64,000 nucleotides of DNA from an uncultured Bacteroidota bacterium (GCA_903844645.1 CAIMUP010000006.1:2055-66054); one strand, 5' to 3'; positions 48,350-57,742 are shown, counted from the first letter of the stretch. Made by a program: numbers and translations. Notes: generated by a model from the letters alone, not told the origin.

Positions 48350-50233
48350 ATGAAACAAAAATTACATTCCACCAAAATCTTTGCAGCAGCCCTCGCGATG
48401 CTGCTCCTAATCCTCACCGGCAGCGTCGCCAATGCCTGCAATGCCAACTTTACCCACACCAATGTCTGTGTCGGCGACACTATCTGGTTTTATGCAGCCG
48501 ACCAATACGCAGTCTATACTTGGGACTTCGGCGACTCGACCTCGATGACCAACATTAATCATGACACCGCCACGTTTCATGTCTATCAAAACACGGGTAC
48601 CTATTACGTTACTCTTTTCGTGAATATCGGGGCAGAATGGGATTATCTGACGCAGATAATTACGGTTGGCACGACCTGTTTTAATGCAGGCTTCACCACC
48701 GTTTGTGGCGGTTCTTACATGGAAACATTTAACGATGTCAGCATCGGGAATATGACCTATCGTCGCTGGACTTTTGGGGAGCCTTCATCAGGACCAGACG
48801 ATACTTCCTTTCTTTGGAATCCGTACCATACCTATGCCGCAGCAGGGAATTACAGCGTTACCTTAATCGTATCCGATGGAGTAAATACAGACACCTTGAC
48901 GCAGGTCGTGGTCGTTCCCGCAAACTGCATCTCGGCAAATATCGGGACGAATATCATGGGTAATTGCTACAACGATTCTACGCATTACAATGTTTATTAT
49001 ACCGGCACTATCACGTCCTATTCCTGGGACTTTGGCGACCCGAACAGCGGAGCAGATAATTATTCTACGCTTGCCATTCCGGCACATCTTTACACCGCCA
49101 TCGGGACGTATGTCGTTCGATTAATTATCACGGATGGCACGAGTACCGATACGATATATAGCGTTCAGATAGTGGCAGATTGTACCTGCTGGGCAGGCGA
49201 TTGCAACCGCGATGGCGAAGTGAATGGCGAAGATATTTTCGCTATCGGCATCTATTATGGAAGCCACGGCTTGACACGACCAAATGCCAGCAACAGCTTC
49301 ACTTCGCAGCCTTCTACCGATTGGAGTTCGGTGATGTGGAACTATATGTACCTGCAAGTTTTGGCTGATAAAAAATATGCCGATTGCAATGGCGACAGCA
49401 CCATCAATTCCTTGGATATGATCGCGATTAATAACAACTATGGCATGCACCATAATACCCACAACAACCGCTCCGCAATGCCCGAAGCTTTACCAACCGA
49501 TCCTGCGATGTATCTTCAGTTTCCGGTAAGTTCCACACCCGATGGCAGTGTGATTACCGCAACGATAAATTTGGGTACATCGGCTATTCCGTTTACGTAT
49601 CTTTATGGCTATTCATTTACTATTAATTTTGATACCGCGTTGGTGATTCCAAACTCCACAACCGTTGATGTCAGCGGAAATTGGTTAGGTAATGCAACTA
49701 ATGAATTAAGCATTTCTCATGCCTATACCGACAGGATTGAGGAAGCAGTTGTTCGGTACGACCAAGTTCAGATAGCCGCAGGATACGGACAAATAGGAAC
49801 GGTTACTTTTCACATTCGCCCAAATGTTTTTGGTACGCTGCATGCCACGATTAACCCTACGGCAAAGGCTATCACAACGACCATGTTTAATAATACCGTA
49901 GCGAGTAATCAAGAAATTTTTAAACCTGTGAATTTAATGGGCAGCGACTTGGATATTTTTATCCCTGTAGGCATTAATGAAGCTGCGAGTAGTTACGATG
50001 GTATCTCTGTCTTCCCAAATCCTACGAATGAATTGTTGACCATCAGTCTTAATAAAACGGAAGCTACTGAAATTAAAATTACCAATACCTTGGGCAAGGT
50101 GGTTTACAGTGATAACGGGCAGTTCAAGACTACCCTTCAGGTAAATACATCTAATCTTTCGACAGGTATTTACTCCTTATCTTTAGTAACGAAGGACGGA
50201 ATACTTGTAAAGAAATTAAACATCATTAAATAA
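48350..50233 (+). CDS. secreted 627-aa protein with PKD domains, two dockerin-like Ca-binding repeats and a T9SS type-A sorting domain
   Basis: PKD motifs 'YTWDFGDSTSMTN' and 'YSWDFGDPNSGADN' are present. Dockerin-like 'DCNRDGEVNGEDIFAI' and 'DCNGDSTINSLDMIAI' repeats follow. The C-terminus is 'ISVFPNPTNELLTISL...GIYSLSLVTKDG...KKLNIIK'. Confidence 0.75.
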   Translation: MKQKLHSTKIFAAALAMLLLILTGSVANACNANFTHTNVCVGDTIWFYAADQYAVYTWDFGDSTSMTNINHDTATFHVYQNTGTYYVTLFVNIGAEWDYLTQIITVGTTCFNAGFTTVCGGSYMETFNDVSIGNMTYRRWTFGEPSSGPDDTSFLWNPYHTYAAAGNYSVTLIVSDGVNTDTLTQVVVVPANCISANIGTNIMGNCYNDSTHYNVYYTGTITSYSWDFGDPNSGADNYSTLAIPAHLYTAIGTYVVRLIITDGTSTDTIYSVQIVADCTCWAGDCNRDGEVNGEDIFAIGIYYGSHGLTRPNASNSFTSQPSTDWSSVMWNYMYLQVLADKKYADCNGDSTINSLDMIAINNNYGMHHNTHNNRSAMPEALPTDPAMYLQFPVSSTPDGSVITATINLGTSAIPFTYLYGYSFTINFDTALVIPNSTTVDVSGNWLGNATNELSISHAYTDRIEEAVVRYDQVQIAAGYGQIGTVTFHIRPNVFGTLHATINPTAKAITTTMFNNTVASNQEIFKPVNLMGSDLDIFIPVGINEAASSYDGISVFPNPTNELLTISLNKTEATEIKITNTLGKVVYSDNGQFKTTLQVNTSNLSTGIYSLSLVTKDGILVKKLNIIK

Positions 50234-50254
50234 AGGCATACCTTTTAATGTAAA

Positions 50255-50291
50255 CAAAAAAGCGGCACACTATGTACCGCTTTTTTGTTTT
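50255..50291. terminator. bidirectional rho-independent terminator between convergent genes
   Basis: 'aaaaaa gcggcac acta gtaccgc tttttt gtttt' forms a stem with one mismatch. An A-run lies 5' and a T-run lies 3', so it can serve both strands. Confidence 0.55.
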
Positions 50292-50310
50292 ATGATTCAG
50301 GAAGTATGCT

Positions 50311-52032
50311 TTACTTCTGCACCACAAACTTCCCTCTCACGCTCACTCCCTCTCCATTGGAGAGGGCTGGGGTGAGGCAATAGAAATAAATGCCTGCGCC
50401 CCAGGTGGAAATAGAGATGGTATTATCAATGCCGCAGAGCTTTTCTTTATAAACTACAGCACCCAGAAGGTCGGTAATAAGTAATGTTTCATTGGGGGTG
50501 TAGGATGCGTGGTGAATGTTGAGAATGGTGGAGGCAGGGTTGGGGTAAATAAAAAATTCACTTATATTCTTAGATAGTTCTTTAATACCAACCGCGCTCG
50601 GACTAACCATAAATTGCCCCATCATTCCTGCATCCTCGTGCATCAGAATATGACAATGGTACATATAAGGAACTACTGTATCTGCAAAGTCAGTGAACTT
50701 AGTAATAAATCGAACCGAGTCATAAGGTGGTACAAGAATGACATCCTTTTTTCCTTGTTCTTCAGGAGTGGCAGATATTCCATTTCTATCAAGAATATAA
50801 AAATACTCATCGTGCAGATGGAAGGGATGTGCGACCATTGTTTTATTAACCAATGTCCAGACTTCAACGCTGTTTAGTGGAATCACATAATCTATTCGCA
50901 TCATATCAAAAGTGCTATCATTAAAATAAAACGGACCGTCCATAACGGTATCGTTATCGGCTGTAAAATTAATTTGTCTGTAAGCGTTTACCTGATTTTC
51001 TTGATAAGGATTATTTGCAATTAGTGTTGAAGGAATTGTTGTTACAGGATTTGTCGTTGGTGGTACAACATTAAACTTCAGGATATTAAAATTAATGCCA
51101 TTCAAAGGACTATCCATAGGTGGTCCTCCGCTCATTGGCATCGTTGGTCCGCCTTGTATTCCCATTGGTAATTCAGCACCATAAGACATCAAATAAAAAG
51201 TCTGCCCGTTCATACCATTTAAGTTTAAAAGAATTTCAGCACGCTCACCTGGCGCAATGCGAATTCTTGTGGTATCATGTGGAAGGTCAAGCAAACCGCC
51301 ATCAGTTGCTATCTGATAAAAATGTAAAGGTGATGTAAAACCAAAATTAAAAGCTCGTTCGCCGGAAGCATTCAATAATCGTAACCGGATAACCTGTGCG
51401 GGGACATCTAAATATGTTGAATCACTATTATTTGCACGTGTTCCATTGACAAGCAAAGTGCTATCTTGCATTCCAAGTTGCATTGCCTGATTTAAGGAAT
51501 CATATTGTTGGCATTGAACAATTATTGGAAAATCATCTATGCCATATTTTCTTGGTAAAGTCAAAGTTGCTTCCGCGCTATCTCTGACAATAATTAATCC
51601 CGCAGCACCCTTGATTGCCTGAACCGCCGTTTTCATATCAAGGTGAGGATGATACCAGTATGTTGCAGCATCATTCATAACTGTAAATTGAGGATTCCAA
51701 GAAGCATTATTCAGGATAGGAGAATGTGGTCCACCATCCCACTTTGCGGGTACATGTAAGCCATGCCAATGAATAGTTGTGGTATCTCCTATTTGGTTAT
51801 TAACGGTGATATTTACATTGGTTCCATTGTTTAATATCAGGGTTGGTCCTAAGTAATGGTTTGCATTAAAGGCATAGGTTTGGGAAATCATTCCAGAGAA
51901 AAACTGAACGCTATCTTTATGCATCGTAAGGTTATAATTAGGTCCTGTTAATGTATCTGGAATGAACAATGGAGTTTGTGCAATTGTTCTTATTGCAATT
52001 AATAAAAAAATAAAGATGGTTGTTTGTCTCAT
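50311..52032 (-). CDS. multicopper oxidase (three-domain, laccase/CueO-like) with a T9SS type-A sorting domain
   Basis: The copper ligand motifs 'IHWHGLHVP', 'HPFHLHDE' and 'YMYHCHILMHEDAGMMGQF' are present. A signal peptide is present. The C-terminus 'FFIYPNPASTILNIHH...GIYFYCL...GKFVVQK' is a T9SS tail. Confidence 0.85.
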   Translation of the reverse strand: MRQTTIFIFLLIAIRTIAQTPLFIPDTLTGPNYNLTMHKDSVQFFSGMISQTYAFNANHYLGPTLILNNGTNVNITVNNQIGDTTTIHWHGLHVPAKWDGGPHSPILNNASWNPQFTVMNDAATYWYHPHLDMKTAVQAIKGAAGLIIVRDSAEATLTLPRKYGIDDFPIIVQCQQYDSLNQAMQLGMQDSTLLVNGTRANNSDSTYLDVPAQVIRLRLLNASGERAFNFGFTSPLHFYQIATDGGLLDLPHDTTRIRIAPGERAEILLNLNGMNGQTFYLMSYGAELPMGIQGGPTMPMSGGPPMDSPLNGINFNILKFNVVPPTTNPVTTIPSTLIANNPYQENQVNAYRQINFTADNDTVMDGPFYFNDSTFDMMRIDYVIPLNSVEVWTLVNKTMVAHPFHLHDEYFYILDRNGISATPEEQGKKDVILVPPYDSVRFITKFTDFADTVVPYMYHCHILMHEDAGMMGQFMVSPSAVGIKELSKNISEFFIYPNPASTILNIHHASYTPNETLLITDLLGAVVYKEKLCGIDNTISISTWGAGIYFYCLTPALSNGEGVSVRGKFVVQK

Positions 52033-52101
52033 ACTATTAGTTAAAAAAAACGGGCAGCAAACTTTTCTTGAATGCTGCCTGTCTTATCGAAGTAATGATA
52101 A

Positions 52102-52983
52102 TTATTGTTTAATAAATTTTTTGCTTATTGTTCCTTCATTGGTAATCACTTTCAATATATAATTTCCTTGTGGTAGGTTCGCAACATCAAGCGATGTAGT
52201 AGCTGTAGGATGAATCTGTTGAAAGGACTTAACCATTTTTCCACTGATGTCACTAATTTCTATGTTAACATTCTTTCCATTAATGGTACTCAAATCAACT
52301 GTCATGGTGGTTGCTACCGGATTAGGAAGAATGCTGATTGGTGTAGTCAAAGCAACTTCATTAATTCCGGCGACAGATCCTGTAAAGGCAAGCATATCTA
52401 CCCACAAATAATCATTGGCTGTAGGTGTCATACCACTTGCTCTCAAAACAATTACACAAGTATCAGGATAACCTCCATCAGCATAAACAAAATTAATGGT
52501 GAACGCTGCCCAGCTCATTGCCATACCAGACAATGTTTGATTAGCTGCTGCAACAGTAACACGTTGTCCTAATCCAGCATCCCAACGGGTAAGTAAACAG
52601 GAAACAGAACCTTGGCTACTTCCATAAATCATGTGTTGCCATTTTCCGGTTAAGCTAACGGGGCGCACTGTGCATGGCAGACCTGAATTTGGTAACATGG
52701 AAGTTGTATCCAATGTTCCGCTTACTGCAATTCCATTAACTACATTTGCCCCAATAGTTTTAGAAGTTAGTTTTAAATAAGATGCTCCAGGGCTGCCTGG
52801 TGTACCTTTCTCGCAAGTGTAAACCATAGCTGCACTTGTCATTGAATTAAGATTGCCCCAACTATCGGGCACACTGTAAGAACCCATACTGGTCCAGGTT
52901 TCAAAGCCCCCATTAGGAACTTGTGCTTTGGAAATCGTTACTACGAACATCAAAGCGAATAAAATTGTGTAAATTCTTTTCAT
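52102..52983 (-). CDS. secreted 293-aa protein of unknown function with a T9SS type-A sorting domain
   Basis: The signal peptide is 'MKRIYTILFALMFVVTISKAQ'. The mature protein begins 'VPNGGFETW'. The C-terminus is 'ILPNPVATTMTVDL...GNYILKVITNEGTISKKFIKQ'. Confidence 0.7.
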   Translation of the reverse strand: MKRIYTILFALMFVVTISKAQVPNGGFETWTSMGSYSVPDSWGNLNSMTSAAMVYTCEKGTPGSPGASYLKLTSKTIGANVVNGIAVSGTLDTTSMLPNSGLPCTVRPVSLTGKWQHMIYGSSQGSVSCLLTRWDAGLGQRVTVAAANQTLSGMAMSWAAFTINFVYADGGYPDTCVIVLRASGMTPTANDYLWVDMLAFTGSVAGINEVALTTPISILPNPVATTMTVDLSTINGKNVNIEISDISGKMVKSFQQIHPTATTSLDVANLPQGNYILKVITNEGTISKKFIKQ

Positions 52984-53014
52984 CGTTTTATTTTTTTTAA
53001 TTTATTTAAGTTTC

Positions 53015-53476
53015 TTATTTTTTATTAATCTTCTCCAAGTCCATTCCACACTTTGGACATTTACCAGCTTTATCACTTGTAACTTCGGGGTGCATTGGGC
53101 AAGCGTAGGTCATTGCAACATTCATTTTCTCGGTTTTCTTTTTACTGTCTTTTTCCATCATTGAGCATTTGTCCATCTTACCGCTCATGTCCATACATTC
53201 ACCTTCTTTCATTTGCATTTTCTTTCCGTCTTTCATAATACATTCGCCATTGGTCATACACTTAGTTCCATTTTTCATGGTCATGTCTTTTTCCATTGGT
53301 GTGGATTTTCCGTCTTTCATGCACCTCATTTTTCCGTTTTTCATCATGCAACAATCTTTCATTGCTGTAGAATCGGATTTGGTTTGTGCAAAAGAATTAG
53401 TTGCTGTAAAGCATACAACCAGCATGAGCATTGAAGCAATCATGGTGGCAATCATTTTTTTGTTTTTCATTTTCAT
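53015..53476 (-). CDS. Met/Lys/Cys-rich periplasmic metal-binding protein with a C-terminal heavy-metal-binding domain (HMBD, YxCPMHPxV...CPKCGM)
   Basis: After the signal peptide the sequence is dominated by 'MKDGK/MKNGK/MKEGEC/MMEKD' motifs, about 25% Met. It ends 'YACPMHPEVTSDKAGKCPKCGMDLEKINKK', which matches the HMBD found on Cu/Ag efflux adaptors and P-type ATPases. Confidence 0.7.
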   Translation of the reverse strand: MKMKNKKMIATMIASMLMLVVCFTATNSFAQTKSDSTAMKDCCMMKNGKMRCMKDGKSTPMEKDMTMKNGTKCMTNGECIMKDGKKMQMKEGECMDMSGKMDKCSMMEKDSKKKTEKMNVAMTYACPMHPEVTSDKAGKCPKCGMDLEKINKK

Positions 53477-53479
53477 TAT

Positions 53480-54577
53480 TTATTTCATTATCTTTTGTGT
53501 GATTATAGAATTATCCGTTTTTATTTGGATAACATAAATTCCACTTTGAAACTTAGACATATCAATGATCTTACTGGTAGCATCCAATGTTTCTTTGTAA
53601 ATAGTTTGCCCTAATACATCTGCAATAGAAATTTCCTTGAACGATTCGCCATTGGATTGAATGGTAACTTTATCGGTAACAGGGTTTGGATAGATACCAA
53701 ATAATTGACCGTTAGTAGGATTATCAATGCCTGTAGTAATAGCATCTACAACATCTACCGAAAGGATAGAAGCTGATGCCATTCTGTTTAACTGATGAGA
53801 GATACACATACTATCTATACATCCATGTCCATCAGAAATGTATAAGCAAATGGTATAATATCCAGCGGCAGCATATCCATGTCCGGGATGAGAAATAGTA
53901 TCAGAACTGTTGTCTCCCCAAGTCCATAAATAAGAGATAGGTGCTGCACCAGATGATGCGTCAACTGCCCAATAATGATGTGGATGCGTGGTATCCGCGT
54001 GAAGCGAAAAATTAGCATGGCAAGTACCGCTGTAATGATGATTCCCTACATGGAATGTATCGCAAGAATGGCAGTTATTAGAATCGGTTACGCAAACCCA
54101 ATACGTTCCGGGTGCTAAATGATCACGATAATGATTCGTCGAACCATCATTCCAAAGGAAGGTATATGGAGGCGTTCCGTTGGTAAGCGAAAGCGAAATC
54201 CAGCCATCATGACAAGTATCGCAAGTAGCGATTTGTGTGGTTCCATGAACTTCCAAATGACAATGATGGATTCCGGTAACGACAACCGAATCGCAATAGG
54301 TGTCGCAGGCATGATGATTGTCATCATACATCGTAACGCATACCCAATACGTTCCCGGGTAGTCAAAAACATGGGTAGGATTGGTAACATGGTCGTTGTC
54401 GCCATCGCCAAAATGCCAGTAAAATGTCGGAGTTGTAGGTCCGGTACTGGTGTTGGTGAAGGCGATGGTGTTGTTGGCAGTTTGATGCCAAGTGAAGCCT
54501 GAAGTGCAGGTTGCTGTAGCTTCGGAAATCGTTAAAACGAACATCAAAGCAATTAAAATGGTGTAAATTTTTTTCAT
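53480..54577 (-). CDS. His/Cys-rich PKD-domain protein with a T9SS type-A sorting domain
   Basis: PKD-like 'FYWHFGDGDNDHVTNPTHVFDYPGTYWVCVT' and 'YLWTWGDNSSDTISHPGHGYAAAGYYTICL' segments are present. Very His/Cys-dense segments include 'HHCHLEVHG', 'CDTCHDGW', 'NNCHSCDTFHVGNHHYSGTCH' and 'THPHHYW'. The T9SS tail is 'GIYPNPVTDKVTIQ...GIYVIQIKTDNSIITQKIMK'. Confidence 0.75.
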   Translation of the reverse strand: MKKIYTILIALMFVLTISEATATCTSGFTWHQTANNTIAFTNTSTGPTTPTFYWHFGDGDNDHVTNPTHVFDYPGTYWVCVTMYDDNHHACDTYCDSVVVTGIHHCHLEVHGTTQIATCDTCHDGWISLSLTNGTPPYTFLWNDGSTNHYRDHLAPGTYWVCVTDSNNCHSCDTFHVGNHHYSGTCHANFSLHADTTHPHHYWAVDASSGAAPISYLWTWGDNSSDTISHPGHGYAAAGYYTICLYISDGHGCIDSMCISHQLNRMASASILSVDVVDAITTGIDNPTNGQLFGIYPNPVTDKVTIQSNGESFKEISIADVLGQTIYKETLDATSKIIDMSKFQSGIYVIQIKTDNSIITQKIMK

Positions 54578-54604
54578 CTTTTTATTTATTAAATTATTAA
54601 TTTT

Positions 54605-56065
54605 TTATTTTTCTACCGAAAACTTTCCTTGATAAGCTTCCTTGTTATTTTTTAGCTGATAAAAATAAATTCCATTGCTCCAACGCGAGACATCAATCGA
54701 AGTATTTATACCATTAATTAATTGCTGATGAACCTCTCTGCCCGCAACATCGGTGATCAATAATTCTTGATTATCCGTCTTGGAATTGATGAAGAAATTT
54801 ACCGATGTATTCGCGGGATTAGGATAAACAACACAGCTTAAATTGCTTGACAAATTATCCGAAGCATTTGTAATAACAGCATTAAATGTTCCCTTTCTAT
54901 ATCTCACAACTCCTGCGCCATCATCTTCCCAAACCACATGAATGGTATTTATTCCAAGCACAACATCGGCATTGGTAATGTTATTCAAATCAACGGTATC
55001 ATACATTGTAGGAAACCCATTGGCAATATTATTTGTGAATAAAACAGGTAGCTGGTCATTGTTACTTACAGTTTGTTTCCAAACTATTGCTGCGGCATTT
55101 CCATTGTTTGCCATGCGGGGATAATTCTGGAGGGTTAAGCCGGAAATCGAGCCGGTCAATGCCACTGTAGGTCCTGCTGTTAAATTACTAACAGAGGATT
55201 TGCTATAATAACATCTATCCATTCCACTTGCGCCACTCATAAAAGCCGAATACAAAGTATCACCGATAATAAATCCATCAGGTCCGCTGGATGGGCAGGA
55301 CATCAACATCCAATTATTTTGATCAACCCTCATTCCATTCGTAAAAGCCGAGCCGCCATTGGTAGAAATCCCTGCCCAGGTATTACGATAATTCGCATTA
55401 GCATCGCGATAAGACATGGCAACGTTATTGCCGGAACTGATAATAGCACCCGGACAGCAATCGCAAATATATCCGCCTGACCAACCGCTTGCTAACACAC
55501 TTGGCGAAAAAGTCATTCCATAATCATTGGATTTTGCAACCGTCCAACGGGCATTGCCAAATGAAGAATTAAATCTCATAAATCCAACCAAAGGATTGCC
55601 TGAACTATTAGTGGTAACAGTCGGGAAGCGGGTAAGGCTATCATTAAAATCTACCTGAACAGGCATCGAAAAAGTCATGCCGCCATTGTAGGAATGAACC
55701 ATGAAAATATGATTGGTATCCGAACCTTCCGGCTCTCTTTTATAGACCATGTACACCGTATCGCCATGCGAAGCAATATCGGGACCAGCCCATGTTTCAG
55801 CCATTACATCATGTGTTCCGGGATTAACAGCCATAGGCGTGACAAACATACTCCCGTTCCAGCGAGTAAAATAGGCTTTCCCGCTATTATTGTCCCCCCA
55901 TAAAACCAATGGGTTTCCGGCAGCATCGAGCGTGATACGCGGATGATGGTTCTGATAACCTGCAATGGCAACAGTTATCGGAGCAGACCATGTGATTCCG
56001 CTTTGAGCTTTGGAAATCGTAACCACGAACATCAAAGCAATTAAAATGGTGTAAATTTTTTTCAT
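54605..56065 (-). CDS. BNR/sialidase-like beta-propeller protein with a T9SS type-A sorting domain
   Basis: The signal peptide 'MKKIYTILIALMFVVTISKAQ' is identical at the DNA level to the start of the 53480..54577 gene. The repeated 'S.D.G.TW' BNR-like motifs are weak. The C-terminus is 'VVYPNPANTSVNFFIN...GIYFYQLKNNKEAYQGKFSVEK'. Confidence 0.65.
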   Translation of the reverse strand: MKKIYTILIALMFVVTISKAQSGITWSAPITVAIAGYQNHHPRITLDAAGNPLVLWGDNNSGKAYFTRWNGSMFVTPMAVNPGTHDVMAETWAGPDIASHGDTVYMVYKREPEGSDTNHIFMVHSYNGGMTFSMPVQVDFNDSLTRFPTVTTNSSGNPLVGFMRFNSSFGNARWTVAKSNDYGMTFSPSVLASGWSGGYICDCCPGAIISSGNNVAMSYRDANANYRNTWAGISTNGGSAFTNGMRVDQNNWMLMSCPSSGPDGFIIGDTLYSAFMSGASGMDRCYYSKSSVSNLTAGPTVALTGSISGLTLQNYPRMANNGNAAAIVWKQTVSNNDQLPVLFTNNIANGFPTMYDTVDLNNITNADVVLGINTIHVVWEDDGAGVVRYRKGTFNAVITNASDNLSSNLSCVVYPNPANTSVNFFINSKTDNQELLITDVAGREVHQQLINGINTSIDVSRWSNGIYFYQLKNNKEAYQGKFSVEK

Positions 56066-56098
56066 CTTTTTATTTTTTTAATTAATTAGAGTGCAAAG

Positions 56099-56257
56099 TT
56101 ACAAATAATATTTGAGATAACCAAAATCCCTCCCCATTTCTTCTGTATAATTCTCGCTTTCCAAAATCTTTTTGCCTAATGCACGAAATCGAATTTCGAA
56201 CTTTGAATCAATCGCTTTTGGCATCTTTTTGTAACGTGGTTTCTTCGGTATTTTCAT
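56099..56257 (-). CDS. possible small basic protein (52 aa) between the 308-aa orphan gene and the BNR gene
   Basis: I translated this by hand. It is below the ORF-track cutoff. The sequence is 'MKIPKKPRYKKMPKAIDSKFEIRFRALGKKILESENYTEEMGRDFGYLKYYL'. There is no homology support. Confidence 0.25.
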   Translation of the reverse strand: MKIPKKPRYKKMPKAIDSKFEIRFRALGKKILESENYTEEMGRDFGYLKYYL

Positions 56258-56270
56258 TGTTATTTATTTA

Positions 56271-56303
56271 AGACCTTCAAGGATTTAAAAACCTTGAAGG
56301 TCT
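56271..56303 (-). terminator. perfect 12-bp-stem hairpin downstream of the 308-aa gene
   Basis: 'agaccttcaagg atttaaaaa ccttgaaggtct' is followed on the minus strand by an A/T-rich tract. Confidence 0.5.
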
Positions 56304-56339
56304 GGTTTCTGATTTCTAATTTTTAATTCCTAATTGACT

Positions 56340-57266
56340 TTAGATTCCTTTCACCGTTATCCATACTACATCGCAGAAACTGCCGGTGCGTTTATCGTCT
56401 AACAGATAGATTGCCTGATAGCCCCACAATGCACTTGCGCCTACTGCGGGCAATGCGCTCATGTCAGTAAAATGCGGCAATTTGGGTTTATCCAAAGCTA
56501 CCATGCCGCTTCCATTCGATGAATTTTTCTGCAATTCAACACCATCATAAATACTTTTTACATATTTGATTTCGGGATGACCACCCGCCACCAATTCCCA
56601 ACGCAGATGTGGCTTTGCCGTCAAAGGGTTAATGGAGGAATGTCCTATCTCGAAGCCCAAAGTCTCGCCATCGGTAACGCTATAAATACTCTTTTGGACT
56701 TTGATTCGCTGCACTTTCTCGCGATAGCGGGCAACGATTCCCGGAGCAACAGAAGTGGGCGGCGTGGAAACATCAACGCCCACGGGCCACGCTGATACAG
56801 AAGTACCAGTTCCGAACAACAATTCATCCCCCTTTGAGGTCCACTTTTTGGCATAAATAGGACCTTCGGTGTGCTTGGTGGCATAAAACCGAACATACGC
56901 AGCATCATTCACCACTTCGGTCACATCGGAAGCGATAAATTTGTACTTCGTGGCAAGGGTTCCCGGAAGGTTCAGAGCAAATTTATCCAACTGGTTTGCC
57001 AGCAACGGAATTTCTTGTTCAACATAATCCTTTGGCTTAACGATCGTCGCAAGAGCAATCAAGAAAGGTCTGCCCTCTATCATGATTACAGTACCCTCGT
57101 TTCTTTCCTTTTCCATCAATTCCGGCATAAGAAATTTTCCTTCCTTTCGGAGGGCAATCTCTTCAATGATTCTACGGTTTTTCATTTCTCTTTCCAGCAA
57201 TTCGTGGAAAGGAAGCATCACCCCGTTTTGGAGTGGTAAAATTTCTTTAATGTTTAAATTTTTCAT
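56340..57266 (-). CDS. hypothetical 308-aa cytoplasmic protein of unknown function (orphan)
   Basis: It is a long ORF starting 'MKNLNIKEILPLQNGVMLPFHELLEREMKNRR'. It has no signal peptide, no TM segment and no recognisable family. Its GC content is visibly higher than that of the flanking T9SS genes. Confidence 0.6.
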   Translation of the reverse strand: MKNLNIKEILPLQNGVMLPFHELLEREMKNRRIIEEIALRKEGKFLMPELMEKERNEGTVIMIEGRPFLIALATIVKPKDYVEQEIPLLANQLDKFALNLPGTLATKYKFIASDVTEVVNDAAYVRFYATKHTEGPIYAKKWTSKGDELLFGTGTSVSAWPVGVDVSTPPTSVAPGIVARYREKVQRIKVQKSIYSVTDGETLGFEIGHSSINPLTAKPHLRWELVAGGHPEIKYVKSIYDGVELQKNSSNGSGMVALDKPKLPHFTDMSALPAVGASALWGYQAIYLLDDKRTGSFCDVVWITVKGI

Positions 57267-57332
57267 TCGTTTTATTATTTAATTTTCGTTAATTGTATTA
57301 TAAATCAGTGTATTGTTGCATGAGAAAGCATA

Positions 57333-57545
57333 TTATCTACGCCAGATAATGTATAATCTAAGCCAGCGGGACGCCCCGCTGACCGTGAAGGGAGCCCCGC
57401 TGACGCAAAAGGTATCCCCGCCGACCGCGAAGGGAGCCCCGCTGGCGTAAAAGGTATCCCCGCTGACCGCGAAGGTATCCCCGCTGACCGCGAAGGTATC
57501 CCCGCTGGCGCAGATAATATCCCCGCTGGCGTAAATAATCCGGAA
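57333..57545. repeat. TIR-flanked tandem array of ~8 copies with a 21-bp unit ('ccgctgaccgcgaaggtatcc')
   Basis: The TIRs are 'attatctacgccag' at 57333-57346 and 'ctggcgcagataat' at 57505-57518. ORFs 57305..57622 and 57358..57588 are artefacts of this array. Confidence 0.9.
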
Positions 57546-57656
57546 ATCGCTGCGGAAAATGGATCAGCATATCCTGACAATAGTCCAAACCACACCCCTA
57601 AACTTCCCAGCAAGTTTTTCATCTTGCAGATAAATTTGGAAATATTTGAGAAACTA

Positions 57657-57742
57657 CTAGTAGAGTAGAGTATAGTAGAGTAGAGTATAGTATAGTAGAG
57701 TAGAGTAGAGTAGAGTAGAGTAGAGTAGAGTAGAGTAGAGTT
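57657..57742. repeat. simple hexanucleotide repeat (tagagt)n of about 14 copies
   Basis: It was read directly. ORF 57657..57896 is an artefact of this repeat. Confidence 0.9.
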
